Source: Dipteris shenzhenensis (lineage: Eukaryota). Taken from it: a DNA stretch of 64,000 bases. The DNA lies in the NCBI GenBank assembly GCA_047967505.1, contig CM106538.1. One strand, given 5' to 3'. This document shows, piece by piece, positions 63,801-64,000 of this stretch. Position 1 is the stretch's first letter. Every line of letters starts with the position of its first letter. The notes beneath the pieces were generated by a model, which was not told the DNA's origin, did no database searches, and saw only the letters and a list, made by a program, of their open reading frames with translations. Position numbers and translations under genes: made by a program.

Positions 63801-64000
63801 AGCCGAGGGAATCTGATGCTGATATTGCTTTAAAACGGCAACCACATCGACCTCGAACAAGCTTACCAGCTCCGTATTCCTACTGAAGTAGTCATCCTCC
63901 TCTTCGACCCCCATTCCGTCCATCATATGGATACCTTCTGCCATCGTCGGTCGGAATGGTGTCCTCAGCCCTTGTTTGGTATGTACCGAGAGCTTCAGCT
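60825..64000 (-). CDS. Intact Ty3/Gypsy pol (RT-RNase H-integrase), non-chromovirus; runs off the window
   Basis: 1039-aa ORF: WLSPIVIVPKK, LRVCVDYRKLN, FLDGFSGYNQ, VFLDDF, VDASDVAIG, H..GGH..C..C, WGLDFVGP, TDQGGHF, QANGQAE, WGGPY; no chromodomain, no second RNase H. Confidence 0.97.
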   Translation of the reverse strand, partial: LKLSVHTKQGLRTPFRPTMAEGIHMMDGMGVEEEDDYFSRNTELVSLFEVDVVAVLKQYQHQIPSATQESSSSTKEPVEGSLPEGTGDMPDEAGVAEAERVFEQELRRSRRVKEDELLDLNLETEEEPKNVRVSAKLDKGFRGKLETLLKSFKDVFAWDYTDLLGIDPKFYQHRINLQKDAIPVRQQRYRMNPNYAQRVKEELDRLLKVGFIYPVDRATWLSPIVIVPKKNLKLRVCVDYRKLNAATITNPFPLPFNDTMLDTVAGHEMYSFLDGFSGYNQVQMAPEDREKTAFITEKGAFVFLVMAFGLKNAPATFQRMVQEIFDDYLLIFMQVFLDDFSVFKSRKQHLEHLKKCLTRCREARLCLNPMKCAFAVGSGMLLGCIISAEGIAVDPAKVEAIRQAKVPGNGKQLVRFLGQVKWHSRMLRYLADVATPLYDQLNKVPVVWSPACDLAFRRLKLMLATAPVVQPPDWTKMFHVFVDASDVAIGSVLMQEATSKWFRPVYYASRRLSKAERNYSTTEREALGMIYSVTKFRHYLLGNRFTFHVDHSALLYLVHKPELTGKLARWMLLLQEFDFTVVHRPGSTHAVADYLSRLESGEDPMGVEDDFSDAQLFELEAVVPAAPKTWYDDMFHFVDTGQMRDGMSRDQRKRLALKSRDFRIIADQLYKQGLDGVLRRCVYPHEQEVILEEAHQGISGGHFAGEVTGRKVLQGGLWWPTLMGDAHRFVKRCDVCQRLGQPSGRDRMPHNPILALEPFMKWGLDFVGPFSPPARRTGNRYILVATDYCTKWVEARALKDNSAKAVARFLYEAIMTRYGCPVELVTDQGGHFLNALLRELVTRHLIIHKKSTVYYPQANGQAESSNKVLLVILKKLVNENRTDWDEKLYSALWAFRTSYKVATGFTPFKLVYGVEAVVPMEFLVPSLRIAAAEKLGWDESVHRRIEQLDRLGEERFNSAYLAQVVQDRRKVWVDRHSKKKTFKRRDAVILFNTRMGPHPGKLKLRWGGPYWVVERYGDGTFRLGTLQGELLQKPVNGFRLRPYTGPMPPYPFPEIPL

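Noticed and set aside
61506-63816. Plus-strand ORFs over the Gypsy pol (and similar shadow ORFs over Copia pol genes)
   Set aside because: Antisense shadows of coding sequence with no independent motifs.
60825-63944. Tat/Ogre or chromovirus assignment
   Set aside because: No additional archaeal-type RNase H between RNase H and integrase, and no C-terminal chromodomain.

Overview
Eukaryotic, transposon-saturated plant DNA (TTTAGGG repeats, GT-AG introns, heavy C>T decay; the element spectrum suggests a large-genome non-seed plant such as a fern, which is inference). No intact host gene was found. 1-48.3 kb is a nest of Ty1/Copia elements from three family groups (labelled here A, B/D/E and C, plus an old remnant G), Ty3/Gypsy LTR fragments, a young TRIM at an inversion breakpoint, and a complete 9.5-kb CACTA element with divergent genes plus a second truncated copy. 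56.6-60.0 kb is a decayed L1-type LINE and 60.2-64 kb a young Gypsy pol followed by an extra ORF. The unexplained and most interesting part is 48.4-56.6 kb: two divergently oriented, intron-containing, decayed paralogous genes that carry a ParB/Sulfiredoxin-like motif (PIDGHH / PINGQH ... ESKRL). The + strand copy also has a C-terminal region resembling a degenerate amino-methyltransferase fold. Between the genes lie five 16-bp palindromes resembling bacterial parS and two overlapping GC-rich hairpins. All family and domain calls come from reading motifs by eye; no database search was run.
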